Shown here piece by piece: positions 20,618 to 28,896 of a stretch of 64,000 nucleotides of DNA. This DNA is from Nibricoccus sp. GTDB lineage: Bacteria > Verrucomicrobiota > Verrucomicrobiia > Opitutales > Opitutaceae. The stretch spans positions 3,840,001 to 3,904,000 of the forward strand of contig JASGHG010000001.1 in the NCBI GenBank assembly GCA_047602425.1. The letters are read 5' to 3'. The position numbers were made by a program, and so were the translations under genes. The notes below the pieces were generated by a model. It saw only the letters and a list, made by a program, of their open reading frames with translations, ran no database searches and had not been told where the DNA came from. Each line of letters starts with the position of its first letter. The stretch's first letter is position 1.

Positions 20618-21931
20618 TGTTTTGTACCGGGTTGTGGGTAACACATGTACCGCTAGTGAGGTAACACTTTTCAACTCATGGAAGAAGGGCCATGGCCCTT
20701 CTTCCATGAGTTGGGACAACAAAAATACAATCGCGCGACGGCACGAGTTTGTGACGTTCGCGCTTGCGGGCTCGATCAGTATGGTGGCCTTGTGTGAGCG
20801 TTTTGGCGTCAGTCGCAAAACCGGTTACAAGTGGTTGAGGCGTTTCCATGCACAAGGGCCCGCTGGCCTGGAAGACCGGCAGCGTGCACGCGTACGTCGC
20901 AGCAACCAGACCTCATGTTCGGTGGAGACGCGTGTGGTGAAGCTGCGCACGAAGCATCCTACCTGGGGAGCGCGCAAACTACATCGCAGGCTCTGCGATC
21001 TGGGCCACACTTGCATGCCGGCGGTGAGTACCTTCGCACGCATTCTTCGCCGGCGTGGGTGCATTCACCCGCGCCACAGTGCCGCACACCAGCCGATGCA
21101 GTGTTTTGCCAGAGCCGAGCCCAATCAACTCTGGCAAATGGACTTCAAGGGCCACTTTGCCATGCAGCGCGGTGGCCGCTGCCATCCGCTCACGGTGCTC
21201 GACGACCACTCCCGCTTTTCCGTTGGGCTTGAAGCGTGTGCCAACGAGCAGACGGTGTGCGTGCGTGAGCGCTTGGAGCGCATCTTCACCTGCTACGGCC
21301 TGCCCGAACAGATCCTTTGCGACAACGGCCCTCCTTGGGGCGGAACAGGGCCGGAGTTCACCCAGCTCAGCGTCTGGTTGCTGCGCCTGGGCGTGGAGGT
21401 CATCCACGGCAGGCCGTTTCATCCTCAGACCCAGGGCAAAGACGAACGTTTCCACCGCACCCTCAAGGCCGATCTTCTGGACCGCCTCGACTGGCGCGAC
21501 CTCGCCCAGGCACAGCGACGCTTCGATGCGTACCGCCATCTCTACAATTATGACCGTCCACATGAAGCGCTTGATCTGGCCGTGCCAGCCTCCCGCTATC
21601 GCCCCAGTTCCCGCCGAATGCCAGCCAGGCTTCCCATCGCGCAGTATGAAGCCTCGGAGCTGGTCCACCTGGTGAAATCCAAGGGCGAGATCACCTTCCA
21701 AAACCGTTTCTTCTTCATCGGCCAGGCTTTCATCGGACTGCCTGTGGCGCTGCGACCCTGCGCAGCCCACGGCGTTTATCGGGTCTGCTACGCCGCATTT
21801 ACTCTCGGCCTTATCGATCTATCAAAACCAACCAATCTTCCCAAAGGCTGCTACCATCCCCTGCTTCGGCCTACTCATACACTGTAACCCCATTAGCGGT
21901 TCATCTGTTACCCTTGACCCGAATCTATACA
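20618..21931 (+). mobile_element. IS481-family insertion sequence (1314 bp)
   Basis: TGT...ACA ends; imperfect ~50-bp terminal IRs sharing CGGGT...GGGTAACA.ATG.ACCGCTA; 5-bp direct repeat CTCCG at 20613-20617 and 21932-21936. Confidence 0.9.
20706..21887 (+). CDS. IS481-family transposase
   Basis: FGVSRKTGYKW HTH; PNQLWQMDFKG, LDDHSR, DNG, HPQTQGKDERFHRT, YNYDRPHEAL rve/DDE core. Confidence 0.95.
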   Translation: MSWDNKNTIARRHEFVTFALAGSISMVALCERFGVSRKTGYKWLRRFHAQGPAGLEDRQRARVRRSNQTSCSVETRVVKLRTKHPTWGARKLHRRLCDLGHTCMPAVSTFARILRRRGCIHPRHSAAHQPMQCFARAEPNQLWQMDFKGHFAMQRGGRCHPLTVLDDHSRFSVGLEACANEQTVCVRERLERIFTCYGLPEQILCDNGPPWGGTGPEFTQLSVWLLRLGVEVIHGRPFHPQTQGKDERFHRTLKADLLDRLDWRDLAQAQRRFDAYRHLYNYDRPHEALDLAVPASRYRPSSRRMPARLPIAQYEASELVHLVKSKGEITFQNRFFFIGQAFIGLPVALRPCAAHGVYRVCYAAFTLGLIDLSKPTNLPKGCYHPLLRPTHTL

Positions 21932-22050
21932 CTCCGTGGCGTCCGTGTAGCTACGTCAAGCGCAGGCGACGCGGCGGACGGCTCGGAGAGCCGTCCCTAC
22001 CACCGCAATCCGCGTTTCCGCGAATAAATCCGGATAATCGTCGATAATTT

Positions 22051-22079
22051 TGTGCGGCTTTGGTGGTGAGCGGCTGCTA
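22051..22079 (+). promoter_or_regulatory. Candidate ECF autoregulatory promoter 1
   Basis: TGTGCG-N13-GCGG, shared with the other two ECF genes. Confidence 0.55.
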
Positions 22080-22101
22080 AAGGTCAAGCGACACAACAGC
22101 T

Positions 22102-23448
22102 ATGACCCACGACGCTGCTCTTCTTCGTCAGTATTTGGATGGTTCGGAAACCGCTTTTGCCGAACTGGTGCGGCTGCACATTGGAGCCGTTCACGGCACC
22201 GCGCTGCGCATGGTGGGTGGCGATGCGCATTTGGCGAACGATGTGACACAGAAAGTTTTCACCGGTCTCGCGCGCAAGGCCGCGAAACTCGTCGACCGTC
22301 CTGTGCTGCTCAGTTGGCTTTATCTCAGCACGCACTACGAAGCCGCGGCCACGGTGAGAGCCGAGCGGCGGAGGCGAACTCGTGAACAGAAGGCGCACGC
22401 CATGCAAGAAATCGAAACTCAAGGGAGCCCGGAACCCGATTGGACCGCACTTCGGCCGGTGATCGATGCGGCTCTGCTGGACTTGAAGGAGAGCGATCGT
22501 GACGCGCTGTTGTTGCGCTTTTTTCATTCACAAACTTTCGCGCAAGTGGGCGAGACGCTCGGACTGAGCGAGAATGCCGCTCGGATGCGCGTTGACCGGG
22601 CCGTCGACAAATTGCGCGATGTGCTGACGCACCGTGGCATTAAATCGACCGCCGCTGCGCTCGGCACCGTGATTGCGACGCAATTGGCCACCGCCGCACC
22701 CGGAGCGCTTGCGGCGACGGTCACGACTGCGGCATTGGCGGGCGCTGCGTCAACTGGTGCCGCCGCTGTGATTTTTATGGGCATGACAAAACTACAATGG
22801 GGCATCGCTGCGGCATTGGCGGTGACGGGAGGATCGGTTATGTGGTCCGAACACCAAACCGCTCAACAATTGCAGGCGGAAAATACCGCCTTGATTCAGC
22901 AGACGGCGGAAGTTTCGCGCTTAAAGACAGAAAATTCCAAATTGGAAGCGAACGCGCGCGCGGCGGAATTGTTGCGCCAACAGGCCAGCGCGTCCGAGGC
23001 GTTGCGAGCCGAGGAGGCGCGCCTGCGCAAAGAAATTCAGCGAATCATGACGGCGCGCAATGCCCAGTTGCTGGCGGGACGTCCGGCTCTGGCGGCTACA
23101 CCAGCACGTGCGCCAACTGCCGCCACGACGGTTGATGGCCTGCGGATTTACCGTTTGAGCGAACTGGACGTGAGACCTACGCCATCCGAGCAACGTGATC
23201 CCGAATTCCCGGGAGGACTCAAGATGGAGGGTTCGGCGGTGATCAGCTGCATTATTCGGCCCGACGGTTCGACCAGCGAATTGAAGGTGGAGCAGGCCAG
23301 CAGCGAGGCTTTTGCCGAGGCGACCAGAAAGGCGCTCGAAAAATGGAAATTCAAACCGGCAATGAAATCGGGTGAGGCGGTTTCTTCGCGCGTGACGGTG
23401 CCCTTTCAAATCGGCCTCAACCAACGAACGGTCCAGGAGTGGCTCTGA
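22102..23448 (+). CDS. ECF sigma factor-TM-coiled coil-TonB C-terminal domain fusion (copy 1)
   Basis: sigma2 (AFAELV..H, DVTQKVF, WLY); sigma4 (LLLRFF, GLSENAARMRV.RA); Ala-rich/TM linker; TonB_C-like LDVRP...PEFP...DG...KWKFKPAMKSGEAV. Confidence 0.85.
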   Translation: MTHDAALLRQYLDGSETAFAELVRLHIGAVHGTALRMVGGDAHLANDVTQKVFTGLARKAAKLVDRPVLLSWLYLSTHYEAAATVRAERRRRTREQKAHAMQEIETQGSPEPDWTALRPVIDAALLDLKESDRDALLLRFFHSQTFAQVGETLGLSENAARMRVDRAVDKLRDVLTHRGIKSTAAALGTVIATQLATAAPGALAATVTTAALAGAASTGAAAVIFMGMTKLQWGIAAALAVTGGSVMWSEHQTAQQLQAENTALIQQTAEVSRLKTENSKLEANARAAELLRQQASASEALRAEEARLRKEIQRIMTARNAQLLAGRPALAATPARAPTAATTVDGLRIYRLSELDVRPTPSEQRDPEFPGGLKMEGSAVISCIIRPDGSTSELKVEQASSEAFAEATRKALEKWKFKPAMKSGEAVSSRVTVPFQIGLNQRTVQEWL

Positions 23449-24197
23449 TGATGAAAAACACGAGAGGCATTTTCATTCTTTTGGTTCTGGCGGGTGTCTT
23501 AGGGGCATTCGTCTGGTTGAAAGTCGACACAGTCGCACGTCTGCGCGGGGAGCGAGCGCAACTCCGCGCAGACGTTGCCGACTTTACACGCCTGGCCGAG
23601 TTGAACGCTCGCTACAAAACCGCTCCGGCGATCGATTCAGCAAAACTGCAACGCGACGCGAATTCGGTGCCGGTGTTAAATGTGCGGATTGAGCAAATGA
23701 AGGAAACGCTGGCCCGCCTTTCCGCGCTGCCACCGCCGATACCGGAAACGGCTCCGGACTACACCGCGCTTTGGAAAAACGCTGGCCTCTCGACGCCGAC
23801 GAACACGTTGCACTCGATCATCTGGGCTTCGCTCAATGGCGATGTGGATGCGTTAGGCTCGATGCTGTTTTTCGATCAGGAAAGCCGCGAGGCTGTGGAG
23901 ACATTGTGGGCTGGTTTGTCCGAGGCGCAGCGGGCGCAGTACCCTACAGGACAAAAGCTCATGGCGACGCTGATTGCCGGACGTTTGACGCCCGCGCTTT
24001 ATCAGGCCGAATGGAGAGAGGAGACGCGAGAGCAGCCTGATGTGATAAAGGCGCGCTTCTTCCTGCACCGGGCCAATCCCAAGGGGATCGACCTCAAAGC
24101 GGTCTTGTTGAGTTTTCAACGACAAGGAGCGGACTGGCGGCTCATGGTGCCCAAATCCGTCGTCGCGGAGTTTCAGCAGACGTTACAATCGAAGTGA
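23448..24197 (+). CDS. Membrane-anchored hypothetical partner protein (copy 1)
   Basis: TGATG overlap with ECF1 stop; N-terminal TM, coiled coil, WKNAGLSTP..TLHSIIWA...GDVDAL. Confidence 0.75.
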   Translation: MMKNTRGIFILLVLAGVLGAFVWLKVDTVARLRGERAQLRADVADFTRLAELNARYKTAPAIDSAKLQRDANSVPVLNVRIEQMKETLARLSALPPPIPETAPDYTALWKNAGLSTPTNTLHSIIWASLNGDVDALGSMLFFDQESREAVETLWAGLSEAQRAQYPTGQKLMATLIAGRLTPALYQAEWREETREQPDVIKARFFLHRANPKGIDLKAVLLSFQRQGADWRLMVPKSVVAEFQQTLQSK

Positions 24198-24251
24198 ACG
24201 ATTGATTCCGGTTTTTGGCGGGGGGCATGAGCGATTTTCACGAGATTGGTC

Positions 24252-24316
24252 GTTGGGACGCCTAGATACGTCACACGCAAGCTGCACTGACGGACAACTC
24301 GGAAAGCCGTCCTTAC
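24252..24316. repeat. Degenerate copy of the REP doublet upstream of ECF1
   Basis: GTTGGGACGCCT..AGATACGTCA..CGGACAACTCGGAAAGCCGTCCTTAC aligns to 20601-20612 plus 21949-22000. Confidence 0.7.
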
Positions 24317-24381
24317 AAACGGGCGTCCTTACCACGGGCAACCTGTGTTCCAGCGATCAAGTTCGGATGATCTGAAAATTC

Positions 24382-24410
24382 TGTGCGGCTTTGTTGGTTG
24401 GCGGGTGCTT
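24382..24410 (+). promoter_or_regulatory. Candidate ECF autoregulatory promoter 2
   Basis: TGTGCG-N13-GCGG. Confidence 0.55.
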
Positions 24411-24422
24411 ATATCCAAAGCC

Positions 24423-25736
24423 ATGACAGACGATGCCGCACTTCTTCGCCGTTATCTCGATGGATCGGAGGCCGCGTTTGCGGAACTCGTGCAATGTCAC
24501 ATCGGCGCTGTTTATGGCACGGCTTTGCGCTTGGTCGCGGGCGACGCGCATCTGGCGGATGACGTGACGCAAAAGGTGTTCACCGGGCTGGCCCGCAAGG
24601 CTTCCTCCTTGGCCGACCGGCCCGTCCTGATCGGCTGGTTGTATTTAAGCACTCAATACGAAGCGGCGAAAGCGATCCGCTCCGAGCAGCGCTGGCGCAA
24701 CCGCGAACAAAAGGCTCATGTCATGAATGAAATCGAAAACCAGGGAGCCGTCGAGCCGGATTGGTCCTCCCTGCGTCCGGTCCTCGATTCGGCCATGCGC
24801 GATCTCAAGGAAGGCGACCGCGACGCGCTCCTCCTTCGTTTTTTTCAATCGCGCACACTCGCGGAAGTCGGCGAAGCCCTCGGCCTGAGCGAAAACGCTG
24901 CGCGCATGCGCGTGGATCGCGCACTCGAAAAACTGCACAGCCTGCTCGTGCGGCGTGGCATCAAATCCACCGCCACCGCTCTCGGCACGGTTTTGGCCGG
25001 TCAAGTGGTCACCGCCGCACCTGCTTCGCTTGCCGCAACGGTCACAACGACCGCACTGGCCGGAGCGGCGACGGCCACCGGCGCCACCATTGTATTTATG
25101 GGTATGACAAAATTCCAAGCTGGCGTCGCCGCCGCGATAGTGGTGGCAGGTGGATCGGCTCTTTGGTCCCAACGCGAAACCGGATCGCAGTTGCAGGCGG
25201 AAAATTCCGCCTTGGTTCAGCGAGCGACTGACATTTCACAGGCGAAAACCGAAAGCGCGCGGCTTGACGCTGAGACGCAGAGGATCGCCTTGCTTCGGCA
25301 GGAGGCGGCGAGACTCGACGCGCTGCGCGCCGAGGAAGCGGAGCTGCTCCAGGCATTGCGAGAGCGTGCGAAGCCCGCGGCGGATGCCAGCGTGCCCCTC
25401 CGGCAGACACCCGATGGTAAGCCGCTTTATACCATCAAGCAGCTCGATCAAATGCCCGTGCCCCGACTGCGCGTGCAGCCGGTTTATCCCCTCGAACTTA
25501 AAAAAATAGGCGTGGGCGGTGACGTGCTGGTTGAGTTCACCATCGCGCCGGATGGAGACGTCAAAGACGTCAACGTCGCGAAAGCCACGCACGAGGCGCT
25601 CGCCGCGGCGGCGCAGGAAGCCATTGTGAAATGGAAGTTTAAGCCCGGGCAAAAGGGTGGTCTACCGGTCAACGCGCGCCTGCAGCAGCCTTTTGTCTTT
25701 TCAATCGAGTACGACGATAACGCCGAGTGGTTTTGA
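24423..25736 (+). CDS. ECF sigma factor-TM-coiled coil-TonB C-terminal domain fusion (copy 2)
   Basis: Paralogue of 22102-23448; TonB_C: LDQMP..RVQPVYP...G.VLVEFTI.PDG.V...KWKFKPGQKGGLPV. Confidence 0.88.
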   Translation: MTDDAALLRRYLDGSEAAFAELVQCHIGAVYGTALRLVAGDAHLADDVTQKVFTGLARKASSLADRPVLIGWLYLSTQYEAAKAIRSEQRWRNREQKAHVMNEIENQGAVEPDWSSLRPVLDSAMRDLKEGDRDALLLRFFQSRTLAEVGEALGLSENAARMRVDRALEKLHSLLVRRGIKSTATALGTVLAGQVVTAAPASLAATVTTTALAGAATATGATIVFMGMTKFQAGVAAAIVVAGGSALWSQRETGSQLQAENSALVQRATDISQAKTESARLDAETQRIALLRQEAARLDALRAEEAELLQALRERAKPAADASVPLRQTPDGKPLYTIKQLDQMPVPRLRVQPVYPLELKKIGVGGDVLVEFTIAPDGDVKDVNVAKATHEALAAAAQEAIVKWKFKPGQKGGLPVNARLQQPFVFSIEYDDNAEWF

Positions 25737-25738
25737 AC

Positions 25739-26479
25739 ATGAAAAATCCCAAGGGAAACATCGTGTTGTTGGTTCTGGCGATGGTTGTCGGTTTTGGCCT
25801 TTGGTGGCAGGCAAAAACAAACCTGCGCCTCCGTGAAGAGCAGTCGCGCCTTAAGGAGCAGTCGGCCGAATCGAACCGGATAAAAGCGCTAAAAATGGAA
25901 TCTAAACCGACGACTGTATCCGCTGAGGAACTTCAAAAACTGAACGAGGCTGCGACCGAAGCGGCGGTGGTGCGTGAGCGAATCGCGGAGCTCAAGAAAA
26001 CGAATTCACAAATGTCGGCGACGGCGGCTGTTCCCCGACCTGTTCAGGAGCGTTGGAAAAATCTCGGACAGGCCTCGCCGCGCGATACGCTTCATTCGGT
26101 GATCTGGGCAGCGACGGGCGGAGAGGTGGATGCTCTGGTTTCGTTGCTCGCTTTTGACGCTGAAAGTCGTGCCGCTGCGGACAACATGTTTGCCTCCATT
26201 CCTCCTGAATCCCAGGCGCTGTTTCCCTCGGCGGATAAATTGGTGGCGACGATCATTGCCGGTCGTTTGCCGACAAATTTAACCGCAGCGGAAATCGTCG
26301 AACAAACCGAAGCCAGTTCAGACGCGATTCTCGCGAAGATTCGTCTCCAACGTTCACACAAGTCCAACGATGCGGTTCGTGAAGTGAACTTTCGTTTTCA
26401 ACGAACGGGAACAGACTGGCGAGTGGTGGTCCCGGCGAGCGTGATTGCGGAATTTACGCGTTCGTTGAAAGGGAAATGA
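25739..26479 (+). CDS. Membrane-anchored hypothetical partner protein (copy 2)
   Basis: Paralogue of 23448-24197 (WKN.G..SP..TLHSVIWA..GEVDAL; FQR.G.DWR..VP.SV.AEF). Confidence 0.75.
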   Translation: MKNPKGNIVLLVLAMVVGFGLWWQAKTNLRLREEQSRLKEQSAESNRIKALKMESKPTTVSAEELQKLNEAATEAAVVRERIAELKKTNSQMSATAAVPRPVQERWKNLGQASPRDTLHSVIWAATGGEVDALVSLLAFDAESRAAADNMFASIPPESQALFPSADKLVATIIAGRLPTNLTAAEIVEQTEASSDAILAKIRLQRSHKSNDAVREVNFRFQRTGTDWRVVVPASVIAEFTRSLKGK

Positions 26480-26574
26480 GCTAAACGGCCTGTTTTTGCG
26501 GCGTGGAAAGAGTTTCTCGGTCACGCAGGAGGTTTTGGGTATAATATAACCTAAGTTGCTATGTTATTGTTAAT

Positions 26575-27102
26575 TGCTTCGCTGTTTGAGCTCATTGCTT
26601 GGCTGTCAGCGGCGATTGTTTCGTTGTCAGTCTCAATTGCTAGACTGTTTGTCTCAATTGCTAGGCCGTTGATGGCCGTTGCGACGCCGTTCGTGGGCGT
26701 TGCTGAAGTGTCAGCGTCTGTTGCGCGAGTGTTCGTGCCCGTTGTTTGGCCGTCTGGATGCGTTGCTTGAGCGTCAGTGGCGATTGCGAACGTGTTCGTG
26801 TCAATTGTCAGACTGTCAGCGCGTGTTGTTTGGATGTCTGAGTGAGTTGCGATGCTGTCTGCACGGATTGTTTTCGTGTCTGAGTGAGTTGCTTCGGTGT
26901 TTGTGTGAGGTGCGACGATGTTCGTGTGAGGTGCGCGCGTGTCAGCGTGTGTTGTTAAGCTGTTCGGATCAGCTGCGACGGTGTCCGAGTGAGGTGCGAA
27001 GCGGTTTGAACGAGTTGCGACGCGGTTCGTGCGCGTTGCGCGGATGTCCGCGCACCTTGTCGAACGGTTCGGCTTTGTTGCGGAAGCGTCGGAGCGAGAT
27101 GC
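26575..27102. repeat. Degenerate tandem array of 25 x 21-nt units
   Basis: Unit TGY-N6-GTY-NG-N7 repeats without indels; TG at positions 1-2 and GT at 10-11 in all 25 units, G at 14 in 24/25. Confidence 0.85.
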
Positions 27103-27119
27103 GCAGCTGCGCGATGATC

Positions 27120-28787
27120 TTACGGCGCCTTCAACAGCTCCGGATGTCCGGCGCGGGCGAGATGGGTTTGGATCTTGGCGCGGGTTTCGGCGGAATTGTC
27201 GACAGAAACAATTTTTTCGAGCAACTCCGAGGCGTGGGCAAAATCACCCGCGCCGACCAAGGCTTCAAGGTCCTTGGACGCGGAGCGTGCGGCATGCTGT
27301 TTTAATCTCTGTATCTCGGCGGTGGGCAGGCCACCGAGAAGATCTGTATTGGAGACGGCGTTGAATTGGCGGACGATGGATTCGTAGGGATATGCGGAGA
27401 CTAACTCGTTGTAACGTTTCGCCTCCAGCAGCTGATCCTTGACGTCATACCCGAGGGTTTTTCGGCGCTTATCGTCCGGTGCCAACGAATCGAAAAGCGC
27501 GAGCGTTTTTTCCTGAGCGCCGAGGGAACGATTGAGAGTCGCAAAATCCTTCAAAGCATCGCGGTCCTTGGCATTTGCCAGAAGGCGTTGCTCAGCCTTG
27601 TCGCGTCGCTCCTGCAGCGCAGCCAGAGCCGGGGGATAGTTCCTTCCTAGTTCGGCAATCGAACTGAGTAGGAAGCTGCTGCGAACACCCCTGTACTTGT
27701 CCATCTGCGGCATTCCAGTGTCGAAGCACCAAAGGTAGTCGGCCAGCGCTTCGTCATACCGCCCGGCCCGAGCGAGCTGTTTGGCATTGTTGAAGCGGGC
27801 TTGGACAGATTCGTCGGTAATAATTTCCTTGGACGTCATGGCGGTCTTTTTATCGATGATGATCGATGAAGTGACGGAGAGAAGTTTTTCGTTGTCGTTG
27901 TCGGCCTCGTCGGCGCGTTTCTTTTCGGCGGCCAGTTGGGACTTCAGGCTATCGAGCTGGGTTTGAAACGCGACTTGGCGTTCGCGCATCGAAGCGGCTT
28001 CGGCGCGGGAAGTATGTAATTGCTGGTTTTGGTAAAGGGCGGTGCCGATGGCGATAAGGGCGGCGATGGTCGTGGCGGTGGCGATGAGTTTGGCGGAGGA
28101 CATGATTTTTAGAAGACTGAAGGCAGTGACGGCGACGGCGGTGGAAGCGAGCGCGGTGGACGTGATTGTGGCGCCGAGTTGGGCGGGCGCGGCGAGGGCG
28201 GCAGGGACGGCCAGAGTGGTGGCAAGCGCAGCGGCGGTGGATTTTACGCCCCGTCGGGCGAGGGAAGTTTCAAGTTGTTCGAGGGCTCGGGTGACGCGCA
28301 TGCGCGCGGCGTTTTCGCCGAGACGCAGGGTGTCGCCGATTTCTGAATACGGGCGGTTTTCGAAATAACGCAGGAGTACGGCCTCGCGGTCGTCGGGCTC
28401 AAGATCGGCGAGGGCATCGTCGATGACCGGGCGAATTTGCGACCAAGCCCGATCGTTGGCCTCGGCGGCGGTGAGTTCGTTCATCGCGTGGCACGTTTGT
28501 TCGCGCTGTACGCGGCGTTGTTCGGCGCGCATGAGTTCGCGTGCCTGGTTGCAGGCGGCGGTGTGCAGCCAGCCGGCGAGGTTCGGGTGGTTGACAAGCG
28601 AACCGGCTTTTTGAGCCAAAAGAGTGAACGTAGCCTGTGCGGCTTCCTCGGCGTTGTGGGAATGACCGTTGGTTTTCCGAAGCGCGGCGAAATAGACGAG
28701 GTTAAGATGCCGTTGCACGAGTTCGGCGAAGGCGTCATCGGCGCGGGTTTCGGCAAATCGGCGGAGCAGGGAGGCATCATCGTTCAT
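27120..28787 (-). CDS. Membrane-anchored ECF sigma factor with helical (TPR-like) C-terminal extension
   Basis: AFAELVQRH, WLH, LLRYFE, LGENAARMRV.RA, Ala-rich TM linker, coiled coil, GRYDEALADYLWCFD. Confidence 0.85.
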   Translation of the reverse strand: MNDDASLLRRFAETRADDAFAELVQRHLNLVYFAALRKTNGHSHNAEEAAQATFTLLAQKAGSLVNHPNLAGWLHTAACNQARELMRAEQRRVQREQTCHAMNELTAAEANDRAWSQIRPVIDDALADLEPDDREAVLLRYFENRPYSEIGDTLRLGENAARMRVTRALEQLETSLARRGVKSTAAALATTLAVPAALAAPAQLGATITSTALASTAVAVTAFSLLKIMSSAKLIATATTIAALIAIGTALYQNQQLHTSRAEAASMRERQVAFQTQLDSLKSQLAAEKKRADEADNDNEKLLSVTSSIIIDKKTAMTSKEIITDESVQARFNNAKQLARAGRYDEALADYLWCFDTGMPQMDKYRGVRSSFLLSSIAELGRNYPPALAALQERRDKAEQRLLANAKDRDALKDFATLNRSLGAQEKTLALFDSLAPDDKRRKTLGYDVKDQLLEAKRYNELVSAYPYESIVRQFNAVSNTDLLGGLPTAEIQRLKQHAARSASKDLEALVGAGDFAHASELLEKIVSVDNSAETRAKIQTHLARAGHPELLKAP

Positions 28788-28801
28788 CGGTTACATGGGG
28801 G

Positions 28802-28830
28802 TTATGGCCGCCCGATGAACAAACCGCACA
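28802..28830 (-). promoter_or_regulatory. Candidate ECF autoregulatory promoter 3
   Basis: Minus strand TGTGCG-GTTTGTTCATCGG-GCGG. Confidence 0.55.
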
Positions 28831-28896
28831 GAAAAGTCTAAAGGAAGACGGAATTATCCGCGGAGCACGGATGCGCCGAAAGTCGAATGCGAATTC

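Larger units (their letters stand above)
20600..22001. repeat. GTAG-type REP doublet interrupted by the IS
   Basis: Reconstructed empty site GTAGGGACGCCTCTCCGTGGCGTCCG ... CGGACGGCTCGGAGAGCCGTCCCTAC. Confidence 0.8.

Noticed and set aside
16841..20818. Long antisense ORFs (529 aa, 530 aa; also 33605-35692, 51542-52600)
   Set aside because: Shadow frames of high-GC3 genes with no recognisable motifs
21882..21900. IS right-end sequence as another YATTA palindrome
   Set aside because: Has an extra C and no palindromic right arm; it is part of the IS terminal IR
26575..27102. CRISPR array or DGR template repeat
   Set aside because: No invariant repeat/unique spacer structure and no cas genes. 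AAY triplets occur on the - strand, but there is no reverse transcriptase and no matching variable repeat in the window.
26551..27122. Stop-codon readthrough of ECF3 into the array
   Set aside because: The in-frame continuation meets further stops. The long open frame is shifted by -1, with only a GAAAAAA run and no canonical slippery heptamer.
26679..27305. Cys-rich 208-aa ORF (LxxC heptads) as a gene
   Set aside because: TTG start inside the array, overlaps ECF3 antisense, and the pattern follows from the fixed TG/GT dinucleotides; not supported as a CDS
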